NCBI GenBank assembly: GCA_965203355.1
Contig: OZ241889.1
Location: forward strand, 3,680,001 to 3,744,000
Length of the DNA: 64,000 nucleotides
Source: Candidatus Latescibacterota bacterium
GTDB taxonomy: Bacteria; Latescibacterota; UBA2968; UBA8231
Reading direction: 5' to 3'
Shown here: piece by piece, positions 1 through 9,115 of the stretch
How positions within the stretch are numbered: the stretch's first letter is position 1
How the letters are laid out: each line of letters starts with the position of its first letter
Notes under the pieces: model-generated
Database searches by the model: none
Told to the model about the DNA's origin: nothing
What the model saw: the letters and a program-made list of their open reading frames with translations, nothing else
Position numbers and translations under genes: made by a program

Positions 1-211
1 GGGCCGCGTCCTGCATCGGCCCTTGGAGCCCTTGATTATAGGCTTTGATCTTGGCGATCACATCGCGCTCGCGCTGGGGATCGCGTATTGCTTTTCCCGC
101 GGTCTTTTTAATCCCCCCGATCTCCTGCGCACACTGCATGCGCTCGTTGAGCAAAGCAATTACTTGGCGGTCAATGGCATCTATGCGCTCGCGCCAGTCA
201 CTCAGGTCCAT
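1..211 (-). CDS. Chorismate mutase (AroQ/CM_2 domain), 3' end runs off the window
   Basis: Not in the ORF track. Manual translation from ATG at 211 (GGGAG RBS upstream) gives MDLSDWRERIDAIDRQVIALLNERMQCAQEIGGIKKTAGKAIRDPQRERDVIAK, matching the AroQ pattern R-x-x-I-D-x-I-D...L-L-x-E-R...RDPxRE. It follows trpS. Confidence 0.85.
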   Translation of the reverse strand, partial: MDLSDWRERIDAIDRQVIALLNERMQCAQEIGGIKKTAGKAIRDPQRERDVIAKIKAYNQGLQGPMQDAA

Positions 212-224
212 AATAGCTACTCCC

Positions 225-1208
225 TTACCGATGTCCCATGGCCCGACGGGCCGCGTCCATTGTTGCGTCGACAATCGGGCGCAACTGCTCGACGCTGTCG
301 GCCAGCACCTCGTCGATATAGACGGGATCGGCCGTCAGTTCCCGATAGCGGGCCTGAATCGGCTCGATCTCGGCGATGACCACTTCGGCCAGTTCCTTTT
401 TTAGGTCGCCGTACCCCTTGCCGACAAAACGCGCCTCGATCTCGGCGTAGTCCAAGCCGGTCAACGCCTGATAGATCGTCAGCAGATTGAACAGCCCAGG
501 ACGCTGTGGATCGAAAACAATGCCCTGCTGCGAATCAGTTACCGCCCGCCTGATCGTCTGGCGCACCTTATTCGGGCTGTCGAGCAGGCCGATGCTGTGG
601 TGCTGGCCCGCGGCCGACTTAGACATTTTCGCGGTCGGATCGTCGAGCCCCATGATCCGCGCCCCGACCGCGGGAATGACCGGCTCGGGCACGGTGAACA
701 CCGCGCCGAATTGGCGATTGAAGCGCTCGGCAATGTCGCGCGTCAATTCCACGTGCTGTTTTTGGTCGTCGCCGACCGGGACCTCGTGCGCCTGATAGAG
801 CAGGATATCGGCGGCCATCAACGTCGGATAGACGAACAGCCCGGTGCCGACGCGCTCGCGCCGCGCCCCCACCCGATCCTTAAACTGGGTCATCCGCTCC
901 AACCAGCCCATCGGCGTGATGCAGGTCAACAGCCAAGCTAACTCGGTGTGCTCCGGGATGTGCGACTGCACAAAAAGACGGCACTTTTGCGGATCGAGAC
1001 CGCAGGCAATGTACAGGGCCACGGCCTCGCGCGTACCGCGGCGCAAAGCCTCCGGGTCGTAGGGCCCGGTGATCGCGTGCTGATCGACCACGCAGAAGAT
1101 GTTGTCGCGCGCCGCTAGGTTGGCGAGCCAGTTGCGGACGGCACCGATGTAGTTGCCGATGTGGATGTGGCCTGAAGGCTGAATGCCCGAAAATACTCGT
1201 TTCTTCAC
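225..1208 (-). CDS. trpS: Tryptophanyl-tRNA synthetase
   Basis: FSGIQPSG, HIGN (HIGH motif), YPTLMAADIL, VPVGDDQKQH and KMSKS motifs. Confidence 0.97.
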   Translation of the reverse strand: MKKRVFSGIQPSGHIHIGNYIGAVRNWLANLAARDNIFCVVDQHAITGPYDPEALRRGTREAVALYIACGLDPQKCRLFVQSHIPEHTELAWLLTCITPMGWLERMTQFKDRVGARRERVGTGLFVYPTLMAADILLYQAHEVPVGDDQKQHVELTRDIAERFNRQFGAVFTVPEPVIPAVGARIMGLDDPTAKMSKSAAGQHHSIGLLDSPNKVRQTIRRAVTDSQQGIVFDPQRPGLFNLLTIYQALTGLDYAEIEARFVGKGYGDLKKELAEVVIAEIEPIQARYRELTADPVYIDEVLADSVEQLRPIVDATMDAARRAMGHR

Positions 1209-1984
1209 GTGCCTAATAACTCCCTCACTTTGGCGCCAATATCGGCTTCGCGCATCAGGGATTCGCCGACCAAAATCGCATCGACACCGGCGGAGGCCAG
1301 CCGCTCAACATCGCCGCGATCGCCAATTCCGCTCTCGCTGACGACGACCGTTCCCGCCGGCATCTGATCCACGAGCGCAAAGGTCGTCTCCAAGGTGGTC
1401 GCAAAAGTCCGCAGATTGCGGTTGTTGACGCCGACGAGCCGGGCACCGGCCGCTTTGGCCCGCGCCAGTTCCACCCCATCGTGAACTTCGACTAGAGCGT
1501 CTAGTGCCAACTCCTCGGCGAGGCCAAGGTAATCGTCGAGCTGGCTGGAGTCCAGCAGCGCCACGATCAGCAAAACAGCGTCGGCACCCAGGACGCGGGC
1601 TTCGTAGAGTTGGTATTCGTCAATGGTGAAATCCTTGCGCAACACCGGCAAGCCCGCGACCGCTTTAGCCATCTGCAAATGCGCGTCGCACCCTTGAAAA
1701 TACGCCTCGTCCGTCAATACCGAAAGACAGCGCGCCCCATGAGCGGCATACGCATCGGCGATCCGCTCGGGATCGAAGTCGGCGCGGATGACGCCCTTGG
1801 ACGGCGAGGCTTTTTTAACCTCGGCGATCAGCGCGATCCCGTCGGCCGCCAGCGCACCTTGAAAATCGGCCGGCCCCGCCGTATCGCGCGCCTGCGACCG
1901 CACATCGGCCAAACTGCGCTGGCGCTGGCGGTCGGCGACGAACGCGCGCTTGTACGCGGCTATTTCGCTGAGGAAATCCGCCAT
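1205..1984 (-). CDS. trpC: Indole-3-glycerol phosphate synthase
   Basis: IAEVKKASPSKG, LSVLTD, VLRKDF, GVNNRNL and VSESG motifs; operon context. Confidence 0.97.
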   Translation of the reverse strand: MADFLSEIAAYKRAFVADRQRQRSLADVRSQARDTAGPADFQGALAADGIALIAEVKKASPSKGVIRADFDPERIADAYAAHGARCLSVLTDEAYFQGCDAHLQMAKAVAGLPVLRKDFTIDEYQLYEARVLGADAVLLIVALLDSSQLDDYLGLAEELALDALVEVHDGVELARAKAAGARLVGVNNRNLRTFATTLETTFALVDQMPAGTVVVSESGIGDRGDVERLASAGVDAILVGESLMREADIGAKVRELLGT

Positions 1985-1986
1985 CG

Positions 1987-2997
1987 TCAGGCGTTGCTTA
2001 CCTCGACCAGCCGATCCAAGGCTTGGCGCGCCTTGCCCGAGTCAATGGACGCACGCGCCACCTCGAGACCGGCGCTCATGTCCTCGGCCAGCCCGCCAAC
2101 AACCATGGCCGCGGCCGAGTTGAGCAGCACCACGTCGCGCTGCGGCCCGGCCGCGCCGTCGAGTACCCCGCGCAGGATGCGCGCATTGTGAACGGCATCG
2201 CCGCCTTTGAGGGCTGCGGCTGCGACGGTCTGTAAACCAAAATCCCCCGGATGAATTTGGCGCGTCCTGACCTGCCCGTCCTTCAACTCGCTGACCTGCG
2301 TCGGCCCGGTCAGCGTGATCTCGTCCAGCCCGTCCGAGCCATGCACCACCAAGGCGCGTTCCGATCCCAACGCGCACAACACCTCAGCGAGCGCCTCGGT
2401 CAACGCGGCGTCGAACACGCCGAGCAACTGCCTTTTGGCCCCCGCCGGATTGATCAGCGGCCCCAAGATGTTAAAAACCGTGCGAGTGGCTAACTCCCGG
2501 CGCGGCCCAATGGCGTGTTTCATCCCCCCGTGCAAAGCCACCGCAAACAGGAAGCCAATGCCGACTTCGTCGATGCACTCGCCGACCTTTTCCGGAGTGG
2601 CTTCGACGTTGACTCCGAGCGCGGCCAACACGTCTGCCGAGCCGCATTCGCTCGATACAGAACGGTTGCCGTGCTTGGCCACCGTTAGGCCCGCGCCGCA
2701 GGCGACAAAGGCCGCTGTCGTAGAGATGTTGAAAGTGCCTGAATCATCGCCGCCCGTACCGCAGGTGTCGATCGGATCGGGACGCACCGTCCTTATTGGC
2801 GTGGCTTTCTCGCGCATGACTTCGGCGCAGCCCGCGATCTCGTCGATGGTCTCGCCCTTGATCCGCAGGGCAATGAGAAACGCGCCGATCTGGGCGTCGG
2901 TGGCTTGGCCGCTCATAATCTGCTCCATCGCCGCCCGCACCTTAACGCGGCCCAAGTCCGCTCCGTCGATCAGGTCTCTTATGGCTTCTTGTATCAC
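1987..2997 (-). CDS. trpD: Anthranilate phosphoribosyltransferase
   Basis: DTCGTGGD, TFNIST, KHGNRSVSS, GSAD and DGLDE motifs. Confidence 0.97.
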   Translation of the reverse strand: MIQEAIRDLIDGADLGRVKVRAAMEQIMSGQATDAQIGAFLIALRIKGETIDEIAGCAEVMREKATPIRTVRPDPIDTCGTGGDDSGTFNISTTAAFVACGAGLTVAKHGNRSVSSECGSADVLAALGVNVEATPEKVGECIDEVGIGFLFAVALHGGMKHAIGPRRELATRTVFNILGPLINPAGAKRQLLGVFDAALTEALAEVLCALGSERALVVHGSDGLDEITLTGPTQVSELKDGQVRTRQIHPGDFGLQTVAAAALKGGDAVHNARILRGVLDGAAGPQRDVVLLNSAAAMVVGGLAEDMSAGLEVARASIDSGKARQALDRLVEVSNA

Positions 2998-3007
2998 GTC
3001 GCGCTCC

Positions 3008-3571
3008 TCATAAGCGAAGAAAATTATCCAGTAGTTGTTTGCCTGCTGCGGTCAAAATCGACTCGGGATGGAACTGCACCCCTTCGAGAGGCCAGCGCCG
3101 GTGCCGAATTCCCATGATCGTCCCGTCTTCGCTCGTGGCGGATACTTCCAGACATTCGGGCAAGCTCTCCCGCTCGACAGCCAGCGAGTGATAGCGAGTG
3201 GCGACGAAGGGGTTTTGTAGGCCGGCGAACAGCGTGCGCCCGTCGTGTTGCACGGGCGTTGCGCGACCGTGGACAATCTCGCGGGCGCGACCGATGCGCC
3301 CGCCGCAAACTTGGGCGATGACTTGGTGCCCCAGACACACGCCCAAAATGGGGATCACCCCGGCCAACCGCTCGACGAGCGCACCCGAAATGCCAGCTTG
3401 CGCTGGGGCCCCGGGGCCAGGCGAGATGACGACGCGCTCGGGTGCGAGCACCACGGCGGCGGCGACCGTCAGTTCGTCGTTGCGCAAGACCTGGGTTGTC
3501 GCCCCCAACTCCTCTAAATAATGCACCAAATTGTAGGTAAAGGAGTCGTAGTTATCAAGTATCAGCAACAT
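3008..3571 (-). CDS. Anthranilate/aminodeoxychorismate synthase component II (class I glutamine amidotransferase, TrpG/PabA)
   Basis: LDNYDSFTYNL, ISPGPG, GVCLGHQ, RYHSL and GVQFHPES motifs. Confidence 0.93.
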   Translation of the reverse strand: MLLILDNYDSFTYNLVHYLEELGATTQVLRNDELTVAAAVVLAPERVVISPGPGAPAQAGISGALVERLAGVIPILGVCLGHQVIAQVCGGRIGRAREIVHGRATPVQHDGRTLFAGLQNPFVATRYHSLAVERESLPECLEVSATSEDGTIMGIRHRRWPLEGVQFHPESILTAAGKQLLDNFLRL

Positions 3572-3575
3572 GGTT

Positions 3576-5738
3576 TCAGCGCGCGAGTTTCTCCATTACT
3601 TGGGCGATCAGCCGCCGACCTAAATCGTCCTTGAGCGTCAAAATCGACTCCGGGTGAAACTGCACCGCCGCCACCGGCAACGCACGGTGCTCCACGGCCA
3701 TGATGACCCCATCGTCGGTCCGCGCTAACACCCGCAAACACTCGGGCAGTTTCTCCGGCACGGCGTAGAGCGAGTGATAGCGTCCAGCGACAAATTCCGT
3801 GGGAAACCCGGCGAAAATCCCTTCGGGCGTACAGCGGATCGTCGATTCCTTGCCGTGCATCGGATAGGACAGGACCCCCAGTTCGCCGCCGAGCGCCTCG
3901 ACAATGCCTTGCAAACCGAGGCACACGCCAAAAACCGGCAGCACACGCCGGATACACTCGTCGACCAATGCCGGCACGCCGAATTCCTCGGGCGTACCGG
4001 GCCCCGGCGATATGAAAACCAGACCGGGATCAAAGTCGGCTAAGACGCGCTGGAAATCGCGCCGGCCCCGGGCGCCGCGTGCGGCGCGCACCGTCACCAC
4101 CTCCGCTCCGGTCTGCCGCACGTAATCGCCGAGCGTGTGGACGAACGAGTCGCGGTTATCGACGAAAAGCACCCGTTTGCCCGGGCCCGAGGGCGCAACT
4201 TGGACGCTTTGCTCCCGGGCGTCGTCCGCGCCGATTACCGCGTTGATAAAGGTCTCGGCCTTGGCCCGCGTTTCGCGCTCTTCGGTGTCGGGATCCGAAT
4301 CGCAGAGCAGCGTCGCCCCGGCCCGCACTTGGGCGATGCCGTCCTCCAAGTGTACCGTGCGGATGGTGATCCCGGTGTTGATTTCGCCGCTAAAGAGCAA
4401 CATCCCAACGCAGCCGCCGTACCAACGCCGCGCCGAGTTTTCCAGTTCCTCAATTTTCTGCATGGCCGCTGGTTTGGGCGCACCCGTAAGCGTTACCGCC
4501 CACATGTGCGAAAGCAGAGCATCAAACCCATCGCAGTCGTCCTTCAACTCGCCTACTACTTGGTCCACCGTGTGAAAGACCTTGGAGTACTTTTCGATCA
4601 TCCGCCGCCCGACGACCCGCACCGAGCCTTCCTTGCAAATCCGCGCTTTGTCGTTGCGGTCCACGTCCGTACACATGTTCAACTCGGCCTCGTCCTTTTT
4701 TGAGTTGATCAAGTCGCGAATCTGCTCGGCATCCTCCATCACGGTTTTGCCGCGACCGATGGTCCCGGCAATCGGACACGTCTCGACGAATGACCCGTTG
4801 ACCCGCACGAACATCTCAGGCGAAGCGCCGATCAGATACTCACCGCCGAGGTTGATAAAGAACTCGTAGGGGCTTGGGCTCGTGCGGCGGATATTCGCAA
4901 AAAGAGCGTGCGGACTGCCGACAAAACCAGCGCTGAGCACTTGGCTCGGCGTCACCTCAAAGAAGTCGCCGCGCTCAGTACCGGCGACGACCTCGCGCAC
5001 CTTGTCGGCGTATTCGCCAGGGGCGTGGTCGCACGTGATCTCGGACGCTGCGCCGCGCACATAGGGCACGGCGTCCGCGCCGCGCTCCACGCCCTCGGTC
5101 GACAATCCATCGGCGGCAAACTCATAGCTGTAACGCCGCGCCTGTTCCTTGCGGTGATCTACCACCACCAGTTCGTCTGGCAAAAAGAGGTGCAAATCGG
5201 GCCGATCCGCGCGGCGCGGATGATGCAGTTGGAGCGGCTCAAACTGGAGTACCAGGTCGTAGCCCAAGGCCCCGTAAAAGCCCAAGTGATTTTCGCCTTT
5301 GGTCCGCATCAGCACCGCCAGGGCACGCAGGACGCTAAAGATCGTCGGCTGCTTGGATCGCGCTTCTTCGGGGAAGTACTCGGGCATGGGGGCCACCGCG
5401 CCTTTGAGCTGGCCCTCGGTTCGCTCCAACTCAATCACATGCTCGTGCGCGGAGAGGCTGCGGCGAAAGGTCTCCAGCAACACCTCGCCGCGTGCGTTGA
5501 GGGCGCGGAAGGCAAAGGTGCGCTGACGCGCCACCAGCTCCAGCGGCGGATCGACGAAGCCAATGTCCCAGCGGCTGTATCGCCCCGGATATTCGTAGCC
5601 GCTGGCGAAGACAGCGCCTCGATGCGTATTGAGCCGCTCGAGCAGGGACTCTAACGGCCTTTCTATGGGCAATTCCTCGGTCTGGCGTTTGACTTCAACG
5701 CCACCGGCCGTGCGAAAAATATGCGTGTGCGTGGTCAT
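3576..5738 (-). CDS. trpE: Fused anthranilate synthase component I+II, TrpE(G)
   Basis: Chorismate-binding domain (PSPYEFF, GASPEMFVRV, GAPK, RAGATLL) fused to a C-terminal GATase (SPGPG, GVCLG, QFHPES). At 720 aa it resembles rhizobial/cyanobacterial TrpE(G). Confidence 0.93.
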   Translation of the reverse strand: MTTHTHIFRTAGGVEVKRQTEELPIERPLESLLERLNTHRGAVFASGYEYPGRYSRWDIGFVDPPLELVARQRTFAFRALNARGEVLLETFRRSLSAHEHVIELERTEGQLKGAVAPMPEYFPEEARSKQPTIFSVLRALAVLMRTKGENHLGFYGALGYDLVLQFEPLQLHHPRRADRPDLHLFLPDELVVVDHRKEQARRYSYEFAADGLSTEGVERGADAVPYVRGAASEITCDHAPGEYADKVREVVAGTERGDFFEVTPSQVLSAGFVGSPHALFANIRRTSPSPYEFFINLGGEYLIGASPEMFVRVNGSFVETCPIAGTIGRGKTVMEDAEQIRDLINSKKDEAELNMCTDVDRNDKARICKEGSVRVVGRRMIEKYSKVFHTVDQVVGELKDDCDGFDALLSHMWAVTLTGAPKPAAMQKIEELENSARRWYGGCVGMLLFSGEINTGITIRTVHLEDGIAQVRAGATLLCDSDPDTEERETRAKAETFINAVIGADDAREQSVQVAPSGPGKRVLFVDNRDSFVHTLGDYVRQTGAEVVTVRAARGARGRRDFQRVLADFDPGLVFISPGPGTPEEFGVPALVDECIRRVLPVFGVCLGLQGIVEALGGELGVLSYPMHGKESTIRCTPEGIFAGFPTEFVAGRYHSLYAVPEKLPECLRVLARTDDGVIMAVEHRALPVAAVQFHPESILTLKDDLGRRLIAQVMEKLAR

Positions 5739-5750
5739 GAGTTTCTCCTA

Positions 5751-5790
5751 AAAACACAAAAAAACGCGGACACCCGAGGGCGTCCGCGTT
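5751..5790 (-). terminator. Attenuator (rho-independent) terminator of the trp operon
   Basis: Minus strand AACGCGGAC-GCCCTCGGGT-GTCCGCGTT followed by TTTTTGTGTTTTT, just upstream of the trpE RBS. Confidence 0.9.
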
Positions 5791-5816
5791 GGATTGAAAA
5801 TTCATCTCGTCGCAGG

Positions 5817-5897
5817 CTAGCGGATGGACGCACCTCTTTCCCGACTCGGGGAATACCCAGTGCGCCACCAGCGACGAGTGTGAAGCAAAGAGTTCAT
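5817..5897 (-). CDS. trpL: trp operon leader peptide (26 aa, MNSLLHTRRWWRTGYSPSRERGASIR)
   Basis: Short ORF with tandem TGG-TGG codons, lying between a sigma70 promoter and the terminator upstream of trpE. Confidence 0.88.
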   Translation of the reverse strand: MNSLLHTRRWWRTGYSPSRERGASIR

Positions 5898-5906
5898 AAA
5901 CGGCAG

Positions 5907-5935
5907 AAAGTAAAAGGCGCCCTTTTCGCTGTCAA
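5907..5935 (-). promoter_or_regulatory. sigma70-type promoter of the trp operon
   Basis: TTGACA-N17-TACTTT on the minus strand, 9 nt upstream of the leader ATG. Confidence 0.75.
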
Positions 5936-5949
5936 GGGCCGGTCAACGC

Positions 5950-8900
5950 TCAGCGAATCAACGCCAGCTTGGCCGTTTGAACCGCCTCGTCGGTTTGCAA
6001 CACAGCCCAATACACGCCAGAAGCCGCCGCCGCGCCCGCGGCCGTGCGACCATCCCAACGCACCCGGTGCGTCCCCGCCTCCAGCCAGCCAGCGGCCAAG
6101 GTGCGAATGGATTGTCCCAGCAGATTATAGACAGCAAGCCGCACCACACCGGCCTCGGCCAGCGCAAAGGGAATGGTCACGGCCGCGTTGAACGGCGAGG
6201 GAAACGGATCGCCCAGACCCAAAAGCCGCGCCCCGGCCACGCGCTTAGCCGCACTGGTTGGTGGCTCCCCCACATTCACATTCTGCAACTGCCAGTGCTC
6301 GAAAGAGGCGGCGCGATCTTGATTGGTGATATGGCGGAACTCGATAATGTTGGCGCCGGTGCGTAAGTATGATGGGGCCAAGACGAGATACCAAGACGTC
6401 CAATCCGCGCTCGCTGGAACCGGATTGTAAGACCGTCCATTGATAAAAATGACGACTTCATTGTCGCTTATGTCCTTTGCCGTAAAATAACACGCGACAC
6501 TGGAATGGGTTTGCTCATCAAAATCAAAACCGAATTTGACGCTTCTGGGATTTTTGGTAACGGCCGGCGGGCTGTATCCGAACAGCCCTCGGCTCGGCAG
6601 CGACTCCACCGCTTCGCCTTCAACAATAATGCGCTTCGCCCCGGAAGCCTGAGACCCTGTAACAACGACCTTCACGTCGCCGCTTCGCGCTCCGATTGGG
6701 ACCCTAACCACGATGCGGCTATCGCTCCAAGTCACGTAATCGCCGGGCACGGGCCGGACATTGGGCGTAAAGCGGACGTAACCGCTCCCCCGCGACGAGC
6801 CGAAATTGGCCCCGGTCAGGGTCAGGCGGTCTCCGGGTTTGACTCGGCTCGGAGCAACGCGGCCCAAGTAGGGGCTTGTTATCTCCAAGCGAATAGCGTT
6901 GCTGGTTCCGGCCGAAGTGCGGACGGCGACATTTCCAGAGCGCATGTTGGCGGGAACGCGAAACCGGATGCGGGTATTAGACCAAGCGATATACGAAGAA
7001 GAAGGAAGCGCGACCGAACCAATACGAACCGAACTACGCCCCCGCAACGAGCCGAAATTGCGCCCGCTGACGGTCACGCCTTGACCGGACTGCGCCCGAC
7101 GCGGGGAGAGGCTGATAATCCGAGGAGAAGCACTCGTTATCTCCAAGCGAATGGCGTTGCTGGTTCCGGCCGAGGTGCGGACGGCCACATGACCTGAACG
7201 CATGTTGGCGGGAACGCGGAACCGGATGCGGGTATTAGACCAAGCGATATACGAAGAAGAAGGAAGCGCGACCGAACCAATACGAACCGAACTACGCCCC
7301 CGCAACGAGCCGAAATTACTACCGCTGACGGTCACGCCTTGACCTGACTGCGCCCGACGCGGAGAAAGGCTGATAATCCGAGGAAAAGCACTAGCGGTTC
7401 TAGTAGTGCTATCGGCAGCTCGCATAATCGGCAGCACGAGTTTGCCGTAGCCGCTGTCGTTGTCCCGGCCCCGAGTTCCTATGTCAACCGTTGCCGCAAC
7501 AAGCGCGTTCCACAGTTGAGCACGCGAGTACGATGGGTTCGCCGACTTGATCAGGGCCGCCGCGCCAGCCACGTGGGGAGCCGCCGCGGAAGTCCCGCTA
7601 AAACCATAATATCCCATCGGCTTTCCATAAGAAACCGTCGATACTCCACTCGGCGCGACGAGTTCGGGCTTGAAGCGGCCATCGGTAGTGGGACCTCGGG
7701 AACTGTAATCTGCAATCCGACCTAGATTGTAGTAGTCATACTGGACCGCCCCGACGGCCATGGCTCCTCGGGCGTCCGCCGGGGTCGAGATACTGTTCTT
7801 AGCGACCGCATACTTTTCAAGATTGTGATTATATGACCATATTTTTAGCCTTCTAGGTAGGGCATCTTGGTTGCGAATAGCAATGTTATAGCGCCCCGCT
7901 TCTTGCGCTTCATATTCGATAATTTCTACGGGAAACCACCGGGAATTATCTTGAACATCGGTACTTCTGGCGGCTAGTTCTAAATCGCCAGCGGAGTTTG
8001 TAAAATAGAGATACAAGTCGTAGTTCTGAGCGGTGGTGGGCCAATCATTCCAAGTCAAGTAAACGTCTATCTCATCCCCTTTCTCGGCTTCAAAGCTCAA
8101 CACCGCATCTTCGCCGCCAAAGTTGTGCCAACGGTCCTCGTCGCGATCAGACCAGAATCCATCGTAATGGCTCTGGGCGTAATTGCCCGCTGAATTTACC
8201 CAGAGAATGCCCTTGTTGGCCGCGTCATTTACAATATCGCAGGCCAGCCCTCGCCCATCGCCAAAGCCGGTTGCATTGAGAGTTCCAGAGTGGCTTATCA
8301 CATCAATGCCGTCTCGTATGGCACGGTCCTTGGCGTTCTCAAGATCAACCGAATCCCCCACCTTATAGAAGTAGAGTTCGGCTTCCGGGGCCACATCGTG
8401 GATAATCTCGGCACAAGCGGTGCCGTGGACACTATCGCCAGCGTATATTCCCTCACCCGTAAAGTCGAAGTACCGCCAACGCGCTGGCATGTCTCCAGAC
8501 AGTTGTTTAGCCCCCTTAAATCCATCGTCAATAATCGCCACCTTGACCCCTTGGCCTCGCACACCTCTGAAGTAATTATCATGCGCTTTGATGAGCCGCC
8601 GCCCTTCGCTGAACGTCGCTTGAGAATGCGGCCGATGCGGCCGGCGGACAAAGCGAACCTCCGGTAGCTCGGAAACCGCCAGCAGCGCCGCCGCCGGAAC
8701 CGAAACCCGCATCAGACTCTTAGACTGGGCCAGCACCCGCCCGCCCAGCGCCGCCAGCGACGACGTATCAATCGAAGCCGACCCTTGGCCAAGATGCGGA
8801 ACCAAGATGACGACGACCGGGTCCGGCAAATCGCCAACCGATTTCGCCGCTCGGGGTGCGGCCAACTCCCACAACGCGCTCTGTATCTTGGCCGGGCCGT

Positions 8901-8997
8901 CGGGCTTGTCCGGTGTGAAGTCCAGATTTTGTCCCCAAAGGGATATGTAGCTAAGGACGCCCAAGAAAAGGGCGGTCGCGATTCTATCAGCGATCAT
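5950..8997 (-). CDS. Secreted S8 (subtilase) serine peptidase with IPT/TIG repeats and C-terminal FlgD-Ig/T9SS-like sorting domain
   Basis: Catalytic motifs IIDDG, HGTAC, AGN and FSGTSAAAP; three IPT-like units; C-terminal FPSPFN...YNLLGQ...WDG...SGVY. The start was moved to the ATG at 8997, which precedes a signal peptide (ORF track extends to 9081). Confidence 0.88.
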   Translation of the reverse strand: MIADRIATALFLGVLSYISLWGQNLDFTPDKPDGPAKIQSALWELAAPRAAKSVGDLPDPVVVILVPHLGQGSASIDTSSLAALGGRVLAQSKSLMRVSVPAAALLAVSELPEVRFVRRPHRPHSQATFSEGRRLIKAHDNYFRGVRGQGVKVAIIDDGFKGAKQLSGDMPARWRYFDFTGEGIYAGDSVHGTACAEIIHDVAPEAELYFYKVGDSVDLENAKDRAIRDGIDVISHSGTLNATGFGDGRGLACDIVNDAANKGILWVNSAGNYAQSHYDGFWSDRDEDRWHNFGGEDAVLSFEAEKGDEIDVYLTWNDWPTTAQNYDLYLYFTNSAGDLELAARSTDVQDNSRWFPVEIIEYEAQEAGRYNIAIRNQDALPRRLKIWSYNHNLEKYAVAKNSISTPADARGAMAVGAVQYDYYNLGRIADYSSRGPTTDGRFKPELVAPSGVSTVSYGKPMGYYGFSGTSAAAPHVAGAAALIKSANPSYSRAQLWNALVAATVDIGTRGRDNDSGYGKLVLPIMRAADSTTRTASAFPRIISLSPRRAQSGQGVTVSGSNFGSLRGRSSVRIGSVALPSSSYIAWSNTRIRFRVPANMRSGHVAVRTSAGTSNAIRLEITSASPRIISLSPRRAQSGQGVTVSGRNFGSLRGRSSVRIGSVALPSSSYIAWSNTRIRFRVPANMRSGNVAVRTSAGTSNAIRLEITSPYLGRVAPSRVKPGDRLTLTGANFGSSRGSGYVRFTPNVRPVPGDYVTWSDSRIVVRVPIGARSGDVKVVVTGSQASGAKRIIVEGEAVESLPSRGLFGYSPPAVTKNPRSVKFGFDFDEQTHSSVACYFTAKDISDNEVVIFINGRSYNPVPASADWTSWYLVLAPSYLRTGANIIEFRHITNQDRAASFEHWQLQNVNVGEPPTSAAKRVAGARLLGLGDPFPSPFNAAVTIPFALAEAGVVRLAVYNLLGQSIRTLAAGWLEAGTHRVRWDGRTAAGAAAASGVYWAVLQTDEAVQTAKLALIR
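6878..7393. repeat. Intragenic tandem duplication, 2 x 258 bp (86-aa IPT/TIG domain)
   Basis: GTTATCTCCAAGCGAAT... recurs at 6878 and 7136. The peptide PRIISLSPRRAQSGQGV...NAIRLEITS is repeated almost identically. Confidence 0.93.
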
Positions 8998-9115
8998 ATT
9001 GATTTCACCATTGCTCCACATTATACGGCGGGTTGAACATCGGCGGCGGCTTATAATACGCCGGTCAAAACGAGACAGCAACGAAACTTGCGGCGGACGC
9101 TAGCGAAAACTCGGC

